Positions 39,200-52,402 of a stretch of DNA of 64,000 nt are shown piece by piece (positions within the stretch are counted from its first letter, which is position 1; every line of letters begins with the position of its first letter). Below the pieces are notes generated by a model, which was not told the DNA's origin, did not search any database, and saw only the letters and a program-made list of their open reading frames with translations. Source of the DNA: Camelus dromedarius (taxonomy: Eukaryota); the NCBI RefSeq assembly GCF_036321535.1, contig NC_087437.1, positions 104,472,001 through 104,536,000 on the forward strand. The letters are read 5' to 3'. A program made the translations under genes and the position numbers.

Positions 39200-41720
39200 C
39201 AGTTGACTGAGGAGAGGAAACGGGAAACAAATCCAGTGGTTACCAGAAAGTTTGGAATATAATAGGAGAATTCTAGGTATGACATTGGGCATTGACTCCA
39301 GAGAATAGCAATCATTATTGGAGGAATGATTAGAAATAAACCTAACTATGAAGAAAGGAACAGCAAAAAATTACCTAAATATCACATTGGGTAGAAGATA
39401 AAACACATACACACACAAACACACACACAACCACACATTTATAACCACATAGTAGAAACTGACACATGAATGTTACTGTGAATAAATCCATACTAATAAA
39501 TATGAAAGCATAGAGCAAATTAATGTGCTCTTCAAATAAATATAAAAATTGACTCAAGAAGAGAGTACCTTAATTGCCCCAACACCATAAACGCAATATA
39601 AGTAGAAATCCTTTATGTAAAGTGGTATGTGCGTATGATGTAGAATGCTTTAAAGGTTAAGTTCTATGATATAGTAAGTAAACATGATTCTGACATTACA
39701 GAAAATTTCAGTAAATAGAAAAATTGAACATTCTTCATCTCATTTTATGAAGCATGAATATTCTTGATACCAAAATAATTGCAATAGATTAAAAGAAAAA
39801 AATGCACATTGTTTCATTGAAAATGTTGTTCTGTCAAAAATTAATAACTTAACAATGCATAAAGTTCATTAATACATTATGAAAACCTTTCATTTTTCCC
39901 ATGAATAAACTAAGTGGTTAAAATTGTCAAATTGAACATGAAATTCCCAAGTTGACTTATTCAAAGAAATATTATTTCAATAACTTTTGAAAATATGTAC
40001 ATTTCAAAATAATTTAATGTTCACTACTTCTGTCAAACCCAAATAGTAGAGAACTTTTTAGTCTTATTACAAGCTGATGCAAAACACTGAACACTATGAT
40101 TAATCATGAATTGTTGAAAGCATAACTTTAGAATCAGGAAAAAATTAAAGATTCTAACTATTACCACCTTTATTAAGAAGCATATATTGAAAACACCTGT
40201 AATATATGAAGGTGAGAAAAGTAAATCAAAGTTACATATTTGGAAAAGTAGAGGGAGAGCTTCCTCTATCAGATGTTAGGTTATACTGCTAAATTTTAGA
40301 GATTAAGAATGTGTAGTACAGCTCTACAGTAGTAGGATGAATTATTCAATAATTACTCATGAAATAATAAGTTTTTCATATGGGAAGAATAAAATTCCAT
40401 CCCTTATGCATGACCTGAAAAAAAACCTAATAACATTGAATAGAGAAGTAAATGTAAAAGGTAAAATTATAAAACTTTAGAAAGCAAAATAAGATTAAAT
40501 TTGGGTAGGAAGTTATAAAAGACAAAAAAATAAAAAATTGGAAATAATTTATAAGATTGTCTTATTCAATATAAAATATTATTTATTTAAAAATGCTTAA
40601 TTAGGGGGAAAACATTGCCAGAATTGGGGGGGAACGCATTGCCAGAATAATGCTCATAACCAACCAAAGATTTTTATTCTAGATATATAAATAATGAGTC
40701 AGTAAAAACTACCAGATGAAAGTAGTTGAAAAACATCAACAGGAATTTCACAGAAGGAGAAATGCAAATAAACTAGAAGCCTAAGTAAAGAAGCTCAATC
40801 CTATGAATATCAAAAAGAAGAACTTTAAATCCATAGTAAAATACAATTTTATATTCAGCAATTTGATAATAATTAAAATAAAGTTAAAATCTGTGTATAC
40901 TAAATGTGTCAGAGTGTGGGACAATGGCATTTTCCATCCTACCACTAATGGGAGTTTAATTGGTCCATTCATGTACTGTTTGTTGTTTGTTTGTTTGTTT
41001 GTTTTTTGCATTTCCAATAAAGGTGAATGTATACATTGGTGTATATTCTCTAATTCTCATGAATGCCACTGCCTGAGATTCAAAGGAAGTGTTTCTTGAT
41101 GTAAGCAATTGCTATGCATATTTAACCTTTATTATTATTTCATAAACCAAAGAGATTTATTTTACCTAATATTATCTTGACTGTACAATAAAAATGTACA
41201 ACAAGTATATGTGCAAAATACTGCTAATGAAAATGAAACCTCTGTGGTGAACCTCTGCTGTTAGCATGCAGTGCATCTTAAGTCTTCTGTGTGTGTGTTC
41301 TAGTTATTTTAACATAGTGGGTTATAAGACATCCTATTTGAAAAGAAGTTACAAATTCAGTTTAAATATCCAGCTAATATCAAGTTACACTGACTGTTCA
41401 CTGAGTTTAATTCACGGTGTATATATAGACAGCTACTAGACTGCTGTCACATCTAATAAAAAGAGTTCTGACAAGGCCACACATCCACAGTAATTTAACA
41501 CAGGGATATGGAATGTAAGTGAACTACAAAATAATGCATTAGAAGCTCCGTAATGTCTGCATTAGGATGGATATGTTAATATGCTAATATTCTTATTCTT
41601 GGTAGATGTTCCCATTTTTGACTAGGTAATTACATGTTTGATTATGTTTTTACATAAACCAAAATGACACCAAACTTAAGAAAAAAGAATAAATATGTAC
41701 TAAAGCTGAATTAAATACAA
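39200..41720 (+). mobile_element. Highly decayed L1 (ORF2 and 3' region)
   Basis: A-rich; 'cattttatgaagcatgaatattcttgataccaaaa', 'aacaggaatttcacagaaggagaaatgcaaata'. Confidence 0.7.
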
Positions 41721-43479
41721 AGATATCAAACCTCCTTAGATATATTTTCAGATGATCTTGATATTAAACTTATATTTTAAATATTTTAAAACATATTTAT
41801 CAATGTGTTATGACTTTAGAAAGTTTCCACAATCAAAAATGTTATTTTTCCTCAGTGATTTCTTGAATTGTTTTTAGTGTTAAAAAAATGTTCTAGCCTT
41901 AGAATGTTTGTAGTATTCCCCAGCATATTCCACAACATATTCTTGGTTCCTGAGGCATGTTTTGTTAACATATATCTGTATATTTTTAACACACAATTTT
42001 CAACCAGGCTCTCTACTTTCTTCTGTTTATCTACCTTTAGATTATTTTGCTTAACTATAATATTTTAGTTTTGTGACATTTCATCCATTTTTAATTAATC
42101 TTTTCATGGGGCTATAATATTTTAATTGCTCATTTATTAAAAATATGTGTTGAAATATCTTCTAAAACAACTCTAGTTATTGTAGGAGGAGCAACTTCTT
42201 GCTTCATTAATCTTGCACTCCAGTGGGAGGAAACAGAAATACAATGAATAAAAAGCAAATATCACAGAGTAAACAGGTAGATTAAGTATCAAATGATTAG
42301 GTAGATTAGGTGGTAAATGATGGCCTGAATTAGAGGTCATGTAATATCTGTAAGAGCTTTACAGGAAGACTTTAGCCAGTTATGAAATTGATTTAGTGGA
42401 TGTATGACCAACATTCTACAACGTAGAATAAAATAAAAGACTGGCGAAAATAGCATAGCATAGCACAGCATGCAGTGGAAGAATTAGATGCTGTGTCCAA
42501 GAGTTCTTTTGTATGTTAAGTGAGTGTGAAACTGCACATGTCTATGTGTGTTCACATGTTTGTATACTGGAAATACAATATAATACGCATTTCTTACCAT
42601 TGGGCCAGGTCAAAAAAGTTTAGAGAACACTGAGATATTATAAACACACTTTTATAGAGACAGGCTTAGTTACTTAGCAATTCCTGTACGGTAAGTTCAT
42701 TCCTAAGTGCTTCTCATTTAATCCTCACAGTAGTATTAGGTTGTATTAATATTTACTCTTTTTCCAGAAAAGGAAATTGAGGTACCTAGACAGGTTAGGT
42801 ACTTTCATAAGGGCAGTTTCAAATTAGTATTAACTTTGAATGTATGTTCATGTCATTGTATCCACATTTAAAATAGAGTTTGAAGAGTTGTTTTTCATGA
42901 TTAAGAGAGGCAACAACCATCTTTCTATTTAGGAAACTGTTTTGTTTCTTCTTAGTTTTTTACTCTTGTGGAGAATGCTGCAATAATGTTTTGTAGATAA
43001 AATTGTGTGCACAGAAACACCTTGAATTTTTTCTTAGCTGTGTTTAAAGCCTCAGATATATTTTGACAAAATGATTTTTAAAAAGATCTCTGAAGGACAT
43101 CAGAGTATCTTCAAGGTAGAGGTTCTCCTGTTCAAGTACCCAGTTCCTCCTGCTAACCTAGAGGCTTGAGCTTTGTGATACTGTTCTGTGTACAGCTCTT
43201 GACATTAACTTTGGCATTCTTCCCACATCCACTCTTGTTCACAGAATTACTGCTTAGTTTTCTAGGTATGCTGAGATGCAGTAAGTTTCGGTGAATTCCT
43301 TTCTACGTCTTTTTGCCATATTGCCTTATTGCCTACAGGAAGTCAGGGTTCTTTTGTTTTGGTTTGATTTGTGTTTTCAGTCTTGTTGGTTTGTTATTTT
43401 TCTTTAGTTTCCCCTGATACACAGAAAATGAAACAAGTGAATAGCAAGGTATGATACTGACTTTCACTCATGGTTGCCA

Positions 43480-43858
43480 TACAGACAGATCATGACCAGT
43501 GTGACCATTGGTTTTTCTGGTGAAAAAAGATCACTTAAAACAGAGTTGGACACATAGAGTTTAGGTGATTAAAACTATTTCCCTATGTGTTTGGGGCCAT
43601 CTGACCTTTTCAAGCTCAGAAGACAGGCTGTCCTTTGTAGTTAATGTATTTCTCATGTCAGGCAATTTTCAAACGGACACTTTTGTTTGGTTCAGCTACT
43701 AGCCTTAAAAATAGAATGAACTGGGTTGTGCTCTCTATTAACCTTAAGATAGTATGTCCTGATAGTATGTGCAGAAGAAATGACAAGTCTATTGGATGAC
43801 CAAGGAATTGTTTTGAAGGTCGTATCATCTGGCATGGGGCCTGCCTGCTCTGTTGCTG
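43480..43858 (-). pseudogene. Fossil exon, RGS domain (best preserved)
   Basis: Acceptor at 43859. PSKQFLGHPIDLSFLLHILSGHTILRLIESTTQFILFLRLVAEPNKSVRLKIA*HEKYINYKG... then KVRWPQTHREIV. Matches RGS L..P.G...F..FL...E...F......R..A..I..KYI...G. 3' boundary approximate. Confidence 0.62.
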
Positions 43859-44894
43859 CTGCATGTAAGATATTTAAGATTTGGAGATGTGAAGTCCTTA
43901 ACTTCATTTGAATTATACTCCTGCGGGGTACTGTGATGTTACCAGGTACGCCCAGCAGAAAGGAAAGGCTCAAGAACACGATTGCCACTGTCATCCTTCA
44001 GTAGCCTTGGAAGAGGTCAGCTCATGAGGCTGGGTGTCCAGTACTAAAGTCTAAGTTTTGTAGCATTGAACTGCCTAGAAGAGTAAGTAGCAGTCTAAAG
44101 TAATTAATTAGAGTTGGGGGATTAAGCTGGGGTTTTCTAACATACGGTCATTTCTTCTAGAGGACTGCACAAACGGGTTTTGTATGGGCTCAGGTTCAGA
44201 GTTCTGCAACATGACGTCAGCTGTGGCTGCTGGTATCTTCACTAGTCTGGACTTGCGTGACCAAGACACCTCACTCACTGGGCTAGCAGTTGGTGCTGCT
44301 TTTGGCGGGAGTTCATCTGTGGCAGTTTACTTGATTGATAGATGTGGCCCTTCCATGCAGCTTGGGCTTTTCAGTGCATGATGGCTGGGATCCAAGAGAA
44401 AGTAGAAGATGCCAGATCTTTTAAAGATGGCAAAGCCCCAGAACGTCATTTTTTTCTGTCCTCTAGTAAACTTGGTCCCTCCATGGGGAGTAGAAAGCAC
44501 ATACAAGGATGGAAGAAATTGAATACAATCATTTATAGACCCTTCTTACTGTAAAAAATCCTTACATTAACCACGTATTTATCATATCCAGTATTCTTCA
44601 TTCCTTCAGTTATAAATGCTCTATTGATACGTTTTCAAATTCAATGATCTTTCCTTTGGCTGTGTACAGTCTGTTGCTAAGTCTAGCTAGTAAAATTTTC
44701 ATTGTTGATATTGCCCTTTTCTATTCTAGAGTTTCCATTGGGTTCCCTTTTATAGTTTGCATTCTTCCACCGAGATTCTCCATGTTTTCTGTTATTATGT
44801 CCATTTTTCCCTCTAAGTCCTTAAAACATCTGTTACAATAGTTCTGTTAAAATTCTTGAAATTACTATTTCTATATTGTTTGATATTACCTCTT

Positions 44895-45390
44895 TTACTG
44901 ATTGCCACAGGCTGGGTGACTTAAAACAACTTGAATTTGTTATCTTATAGATCTGTGTGTCAGGAGTGTGACACAGATCTCAATGGGCTAAAATCAAGGT
45001 TTCTGCAAGGCCACATTTCTTTGCAGAATTTCAAGGGATAATCTGTTTCCTTGCTTTTTTCCGCTTCTAGAGGCTACCCCATTTCTTGTCTCATGGCCCT
45101 TGTCCTCCAACTTCAAAGACAGTGAAGACAGTATGAGATTTCATATTATATCACTTACGAGTTCTCTGTCTCTTGATTTCAGTTTTAAGGATCCTTATGA
45201 TTATATTGGGCCCCTTTGGATAATCCAGGATAATCTCTCTAAAGGTTGTTTTATTAGGGATTTAATTCTTTATCTGGAACCTTAATTCTTAATTTATATG
45301 TAATCTAACATTTACAAATTCTGCAGATTAGGATGTAGACTTTTTTTTTTTTTATTTGGAGGGGGCATCATTATTCTGTTTACCATACAA
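44895..45390 (-). mobile_element. MaLR LTR (MLT1D-like) inside antisense L1
   Basis: 'ggtgacttaaaacaac...gggctaaaatcaaggt...ttttaaggatccttatgattatattgggcccctttggataatccaggataatctc'. Confidence 0.8.
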
Positions 45391-45701
45391 ACCCAGTGAA
45401 AATTTCATTTTAGATACTGTCCTTTTTAGTTTAGAATTCCCATTTTGTCCTCCTATACAGTTTTCATTTTTCTACTATTTCCCCATAATTTCTACTATTA
45501 TGTCTGTCTTTTCCTTTATGGCCATAAAACACTTGTATAAGTTATATTTAATTCTCATTTGATAATTTGCATGTTCTGAATTCCTTTTTTTATATGACAA
45601 AAGGTATAATTAAACCACATCACATTTTAATCAGGACTTCTGTTTTTATGGTTCCAGTAGAAGATTTTGATTATGACCAACATGTACTCTCTAATACTCA
45701 C

Positions 45702-45986
45702 TTATGGGTGTTTATTTCTATTAACTTTGCCCGTAATCCTTTCAGGCAGTCCACTCTAGGACATTTAATGCATGTTTTGAACTTCCCCTGATTATTGGTA
45801 TTATCATGGAATTTTTTAATATTGCTTGACAGGATGTCCTTGCTCTGACATTTCCCAAATGCCACATATGTATTTCTCCATCTAAAGCTCTTTGATCCAT
45901 TTTGCCTACAGATTGTTTAATTTAAAACTCTGTCTCTGCTGCTTAATTTCCAACCCTGAAATGTTTGTTGTGAGCCAGTTTTCAAC
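45702..45986 (-). pseudogene. Fossil exon, PH-domain C-terminus-like
   Basis: Acceptor 'aatcacag|', donor TAA|GTGAGT, 285 nt. VENWLTTNISGLEIKQQRQSFKLNNL*AKWIKEL resembles the PH F.I.....F.L......W+..L helix. Confidence 0.5.
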
Positions 45987-47092
45987 CTGTGATTTATTAA
46001 TATAGGTTAAGTGAGGAAGGGTCTTAGATTGAGACAACAGGGAGAATGAATATCTTTCTTTGACACTCTGACATTGTTTGTCACGTCTAGATGCTTCAGA
46101 ATGAAAGAATGAAGCGATACAGGAAGATCCAAAATAGATAAGTATGGTGTGTGTGTGTGGGTTCCTTGTGTCCTTGTGATCTGGAGAAGAATTCAAGAAA
46201 TTATACCTTTCTCCTGAAAATGAAAATTAGGAATTTAAGAAGGCACTTCTGCCAAATTAGTTTTATTTATATTCTTTATCTACATCCTGCTCAAAGAGTC
46301 AGTCACTAATATGATTACTTGTTTTTCTGATCTCAAAAATAGGATATTGTTTGTGTGTGCTTTTCTTGCATGTAAATTTGAATTCTTTGTTAATGACTTT
46401 TGTATATATGAGCACATATATGTGGTTTATGGGTTGCAGATGTGGGTGTGGGTTTGTGTTATTTTAGAGGTTTAGAAGATAAAAGCTTTTGGTTCCTTCT
46501 GAAGGACAAAATGTGAGATTTATCCCTAACGACTCAATAAGCTACCTTTTCTGTATGTCCCCATAGCACCCTGCACTTTCTCCTACTAGGATTTAATTCT
46601 CTATTGTAAAGCAGTGCTTATCTTGTCTATATTATTTATTTTTATTATTCATTCTTATTCTCCAGGCTGGCACAAAATAACATTGGCTAAAAGAATGCTA
46701 ATGAGTAACTAAGTAGTTATTCAAGAAGAAATTTGTTTTATGAAGAAGTATGTAATATGTGTCAACAAAGGATAAACTTTGAAAAAATTCAGTTTGCTCT
46801 TTATTTTCTACAAGTTATCAAGATAGGTAAAGTTTAATTTTATTACTTTTATTACATTATCAACTCAGTGTTTGTAAACATCAATATGATATGCGTCCTT
46901 TTGCATCTTGTTGAAGCTTATCTCTATGTAAAAATATTAGTAAAATCATTCCTACTGACAATGTAGATGTGAAAGATTTATTTAAAAAGATGTAATAGGA
47001 TCAGATTTGTACTCTGGAAATTATTTTATTTGCTTACTTTTTTTTTATTCTAAAGTGCATTTAAATTTCATTTAATGGTTCATTTTTATCAC

Positions 47093-47410
47093 CTCTTAAA
47101 GTAAACATCTATGTAATGTGGCCTCCAGTTATGGCCAAGGAGCAGTGATGTAAATAACTATAGGTTTAGCTCAGGTGGAACAAGAATATGAAAAGTCATG
47201 CATCCAAAGCAAAATGACCTCATGTGTAGAAATTGAACATGGAATTACCTTAGAAGCTACATTAAGCAGCTTTATTACAAGAATAATATTATGTAGATAA
47301 GGTAGCAGAATATTAAAAAACAGATTATAGAACACTTTAGGGTAATCTATTATCATCCGCAGTTCTTCTTTATTTCTGTAGTTGAACTCACTTGAACAGC
47401 TGCTTTTATG
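47093..47410 (-). pseudogene. Fossil exon, DH (RhoGEF) N-terminus-like
   Basis: FIK..CSSEFNY...LRMIIDY...STHEVILLWM...IYITAPW resembles the DH EL..SE..Y / H..+L / AP motifs. Donor GAG|GTGATA at 47092. Confidence 0.45.
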
Positions 47411-48500
47411 AAATGTAAGTAAATTAGTTGCTTACCTATTGCCATCACATTTATTTTTCCTCTTGTCATACGGTGAATGTGATTGTATGGCAGCCAACAA
47501 CTCAGGGAAAAAAATGAGATTTCAGTTCAGGTGACTTTGTTGATGGCTTGTCAGGCAACGACCATATATTTTGACAGTGCTCATTATGATGTGAATCCTA
47601 AATAGGCAGGATTGAGGCAGGGCACCATGAGAAAGAGTTCAAGCAGCAGGGACCTGGATGAATGAGAGGCACTGAATGTTGAAGTCAGCAGGGACTTAAC
47701 AGGGGGTAAGGAGAATCCTAGATTAAATCAAGGGAAAAGTACACCCACTGCATATGACCTAGACATAGCAGACAAACATGGTAATGGCGAGGAGTCTGTT
47801 TCACCTGGGGTTACGATGTAACATTAAGACAAGATTCTAGACTGCCCATCTTAGGGCAGATCATGATTATCCACCAGTTATGATTTTTGTTCAGACATTA
47901 ATGAATGCAATGTTAAAAACATGTTTATTTAATTCAATATGCATTATGTGCCAGGAACTTTACAAATGATTAACTTGACCTTTTGATAACATCGAAAGGT
48001 AACCAATATTAATACCATTTTTCTGATGAGAATTTAAGTTCAGTTCAAAAAATTTATACACTATCAGAGAGTACGTAGCAAAAGAAACAAACAAAAATTT
48101 CCCTGTAATGCCTCACACAATCAGAAAAGTTTGGAGGGGCGTATATTTGAGAACTACAACCAGTGGTCCTTGCCTTTTTCTGCTTTTTGTCATTATTCCT
48201 CTCTGTGTGTCACATCCATTTTCTGTTTCTGTTGATCGGTTTTCTCCATGGAGAGAAACAAGGGCAACCAGCAGCTCGGGACTCAAATTTTCCACTCGAG
48301 AGTGAGGGTGTTATTCTCGGCACTCCGATTTAAATATCTCCATGAAAAGACTCTAACTGGCCTTTGGTTTAGGCCGTTCACCAAATCCCTAATGCTGTGA
48401 TTAGGAAATCAGACTGTATAGGTTCCATCGTGGGGCAGATGCCAATCCTAGTGCAGACACTTTCATCAAGTAAGCAGAACCATGTAGGAAGAGGGTGGAG

Positions 48501-48885
48501 GTATTAGTTTGCTAGAGCTGCCATAACAAATGACCCCAGACTAGGTGGCTTAACAGAAATACATTGTCTTCCACTTTTGGGTGCCAGAAGTCTGGTGTTA
48601 AGGGGCCAGCATGGTTGATTCCTTCTGAGGCTCATGGAGGAGAGATCCTTCCAGGCCTCTCTCCTTTGCTGGCGCAGGGTCGTCTTCTCCCTGCGTCTCT
48701 TGACGTGGTGACATCCCTGTGTGCGTGTCTCTCTCCAAAGTTTCCCTTCTTACAGGGATACCTGTCACCTCACTTTAACTTGGTAACTTCTGTAAAGACC
48801 TGTCTCCAAATAAGGTCACACTCTGAAGTACTGGGCATTAGGAATTCCATATATGAGTTTTGACATGACACAGTTCAACCTATAA
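48501..48885 (-). mobile_element. MaLR solo LTR (MLT1B/C-like)
   Basis: 'gtattagtttgctagagctgccataacaaa...ccaaataaggtcacactctgaagtactggg'. Confidence 0.85.
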
Positions 48886-49699
48886 ATTATGTTAAGTATA
48901 TTAATTATGATGTAGAATCACACTCAGTAACCTCAGCAAGATGGTGTTTAACCAGGCAAGGTTGTATATCTGAGGTCTGCACAATCTGGAGATCTGGTAC
49001 TTTAGTGCCCCTTATTATTTTCTGCCTTTTTCACTCTTTTTCTTTCTGTGTTTGTTTAGAATGGCCCCCGCCTTTCAAAAGCTTTAAATACATCACAATA
49101 TATTATAGTACTTTTATTTTCCTAAATCTCAAATAATAGAGATCATTGTGCACGTCCCATTTTGTTCACAGTGTACAGACTTACTTGGAAAAAAAAAGTG
49201 TCCATCTGTATTGTTCATGTTCCAGTACAAATAAGGCATCTGCAGATGAGGGTGCTGGATAGTGTTTAATTTGCAGAGTCAGCACAGTGTTTTGCATGGA
49301 TGACCGAGTTAAATGAGTCTGATATCACCAACCAGCCAGCATGCCAGAAACAGATCATTAAACCTGTAATTTTCACAGGTAATAAAGATCTGCAAATAAT
49401 CACTGAATGCTTTGCCCCGTCCTATGATTATATATTTAACTCCCAAAGAGGCAAATTAAAGCCATGAAGCTATCAAATGTTTTCAAAGATGAGAATTTAG
49501 TATGCTTCAAATATAGTGTCAACTTCCATTTGTCAAGTAATTACATTAATGAAATAACCAGTTTATTTTAATGGCTGTAATACTGGCTTTTTTGGTGTGA
49601 ATTCATCGTGAACATGTTTGTGGTCAAATGACAAGGCAAAATTGGCCACGTATATTAAAATGAAACCAATCTGCTAATATCAAATACTGTTAGCTAATG

Positions 49700-50780
49700 C
49701 ATAATTGATAATGTTGCAGAAAGCAGGTGGTATACAATGAAGTCAAGTGGAAAGCTTAATTTTAGATGATTGATGTACAGACATGTTCTAATAATGTCCT
49801 AAAATACAATGAAAATATCAAGCAGCACGTACAGGCCTGCTCAAAAATAGAGGCAAGTAGAATGCCTCTGTCTGGTTTTCAGCAGATTAAGGTGACTCTG
49901 AATAAAGGCAATGATACTAGGCTTTATGAATACCGGCCACAGGCCCAAACTAGGAAACTGAGGATGAGAGAAACATACCAGCCCTTCTGGCTGCACACAT
50001 AGCAAAAGATCATTGCCAAGAGAAGGTGGTCATGTCATTCTCCCCAGAGGCATTGGAGACAGAAAACAGAATCAGCAGGGTAAATGTAGAAGCATAGAAT
50101 CTCAGAATTAGAGGAAAAAAATATGAAGAGCATTGATCTGAGTTCTTGCCAGTTCTGAATATTCATCATCATCACCTGATGAACCTTTAACATATTTTAG
50201 TTTATGCTGCTCTGCTTCCCTTCTTCTGATTTGATAAGTCTAGACTGGGGCCCAGGCGTGTTGATTTTTAAAACTCCTATAAGGTGTTCTGTCTTTTCTT
50301 TTTTCGATTTTCCCCCTTACCCATCTAGTTTTTGCATATCCCAGATGACTGGTGGTCAGTTTCTGCTCTCAGATAACTTTGAAAAGGGAAAGGATAGTGG
50401 GGAGAGAAGCATATATTCTCTATCAAGACTCTACTAATCCCCATCACATATTTTTATGACTTCATGTAACAGAAAGTCACTGATAATTTTAAGTGTTCTT
50501 TAGTATCAGTCCATAGAAGTGCTTATGTTCAGATCATGAGGGAATACTCTTAATGGTAAGTTGGATACAGTCAACTATGTATCAAAGAATATTTGATTTT
50601 AACTATAATCAGCCTATGCTTGCAGTTTTACTGTGGTTTAACAAATGGAGCTGGATCCTAATCTGGTTTTATCCCACAATACATTGTCATTAAATCTTAT
50701 CTGGTCAACTGTTTCCAACCCTTATACAAATTGTATTCATTAGACTAAAACTTCTTTCAGCATCAGCATTAAATCAATCT
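49700..50780 (-). pseudogene. Two fossil exons (~50780-50440 and ~49897-49700), DH (RhoGEF)-like
   Basis: LMLKEVLV**IQFV*GLETV...NQIFF...FPHDL...IISDFLL resembles DH CR1/CR2. DRGILLASIFEQAC..CLIFSLYFRTLLEH resembles CR3 (L.L.S.L..P.QR..RY.LLL..LLKH). Acceptors at 50781 and 49898. Confidence 0.55.
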
Positions 50781-50883
50781 CTAATTTATAATACACGCAG
50801 GTTGATTCCTGGTTTTGTAAATATTCCCGCCACTGCCAGTTTCATGCTATAAATGGGACCTTAGTGAATGTGGAGTTGGGAAG

Positions 50884-51338
50884 TGTATTAGTTTCCTAGG
50901 TCTGCTGCAACAAAGTGCTCCAAAACAAGAGACATTTATTCTCTCATGGATCTGGGAGATAGAAGTTTAAAGTCAAGGTGTTGGCAGGGCCATGCTCTCT
51001 CTGATCTCTGTAGGGAAGGATCCTTTCTTCCCTCTACCTAGCTTCTGGTGCTTGACAGTAATCCTTAGCATTCTTTGGCTGATAGATGCATCCGTCACTC
51101 CAGTCTCTACCTTCTTTGTCACATGGCGTTCCCCTCTCTGTGTTGCTGTGTCCAGAATTTCCTCGCCTTATAAGAACATCAAACATTGGATTAGAGTGCT
51201 TGAAACCCAGTATGATCTTATTTTAACTTGATTACTTTCACAAAATACAGTTATTATTTCCAAATATGGTCACATTCACAGGTTCCAGGTTTTGGAATTT
51301 CAATATCTTTTTTAGGGGGACATAATTAAACTTATACC
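50884..51338 (-). mobile_element. MaLR solo LTR (MLT1C-like)
   Basis: 'tgtattagtttcctagg...gtcaaggtgttggcagggccatgctc...ccagtatgatcttattttaacttgattac...ggtcacattcacaggttcc'. Confidence 0.85.
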
Positions 51339-51831
51339 AGGAAGGGAAGTACGGTAGCATGCCATTATATAATATTTCCACCACAGAGAGACACTAGATA
51401 TATATAAACAGAAAAGCACATTTAATGGTAGATGTTTCAAAATAATTAGCAACTGATATGTTTTGAGTATTTATTGTCTTTTAAATATAACAATGCTTAT
51501 AAATTTATATAATTTCACTTTTAACAATGGCTGTGTTTAGCAATTGTCATGCATAATTCCTAAACATTTAATAATTGACTCTTCTAATGTGGTATGAGCT
51601 AGTTCCAATACACTACTGATTGGAAACATCATATAACCTAAATCCGAAAAATACGATGTTGAAAGTGGGAACTAAGGTAAACTAGAGAAAGTCTTTTCCC
51701 AGCCTGAATTATTTCCTCTTTCATTACAATGCTGAACAAAACTAAATGCCTATTGCCCATTTCGTCCATCGTGATTAATGAGGGAGACAATAGTCAAAAC
51801 CAGGAATATAAGCAATCCAGAGACTACTCTC

Positions 51832-52402
51832 TGTAGACAGCCCTCTATTGGTATTTCTCACATGTCTGCAAATCTTGGAAACAAGGTACTGGCTGCCCTT
51901 TGTTCTGAACCATCTTTCAAGACTGGTTGTTCAGAATACAGAGGTCTCCCGTATGACAGGTTTGTTTATAGGCAGGGAAGACAGAGAGAGTGTTGCTTCC
52001 AAAGGGCAGGTCTGCTTATGGTTCAGTGTATTAAAAATACTGCCTCCCGCTGAAGCAAAGTGCAGCCATGCTTACTGCCCGCTGTGAAATACTCTGATGC
52101 TCTGATTCTGTGTTCTTCTTCTCTGCCTCAACACACTGAGTGTGCAAATGTTATTCAGCCCTTGTTGAGTCATGCTGTGGAGCATGGGGTTTCAGGGAAC
52201 AAGTACAAAAAATAATGATTCTCTGGTTACTGACATTGCTGTGAGTAATCAGCTGTACTTATTTTCTTACTCATCTAGTATTCTAGGTTACTAGAAAAGC
52301 CTATTACATACTGGACACTCAAGACCTATTGTGTGTCTTCTCTAAGCTTCCATGAAAATATGGTCAGCCTGCTTATCAGTTTGCAAGGGGAGAAACATCT
52401 CA
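51832..52402 (+). mobile_element. ERVL-type solo LTR (MER54/73/74-like)
   Basis: Starts TG; 'ggctgccctttgttctgaaccatctttcaag...aaagggcaggtctgctta...cttccatgaaaatatgg...cacagttcttga'. Confidence 0.65.

Noticed and set aside
49330..49760. TAAT-rich stretch resembling a conserved developmental enhancer
   Set aside because: Conservation cannot be seen from one sequence, and part of it overlaps the DH-like exon remnant.
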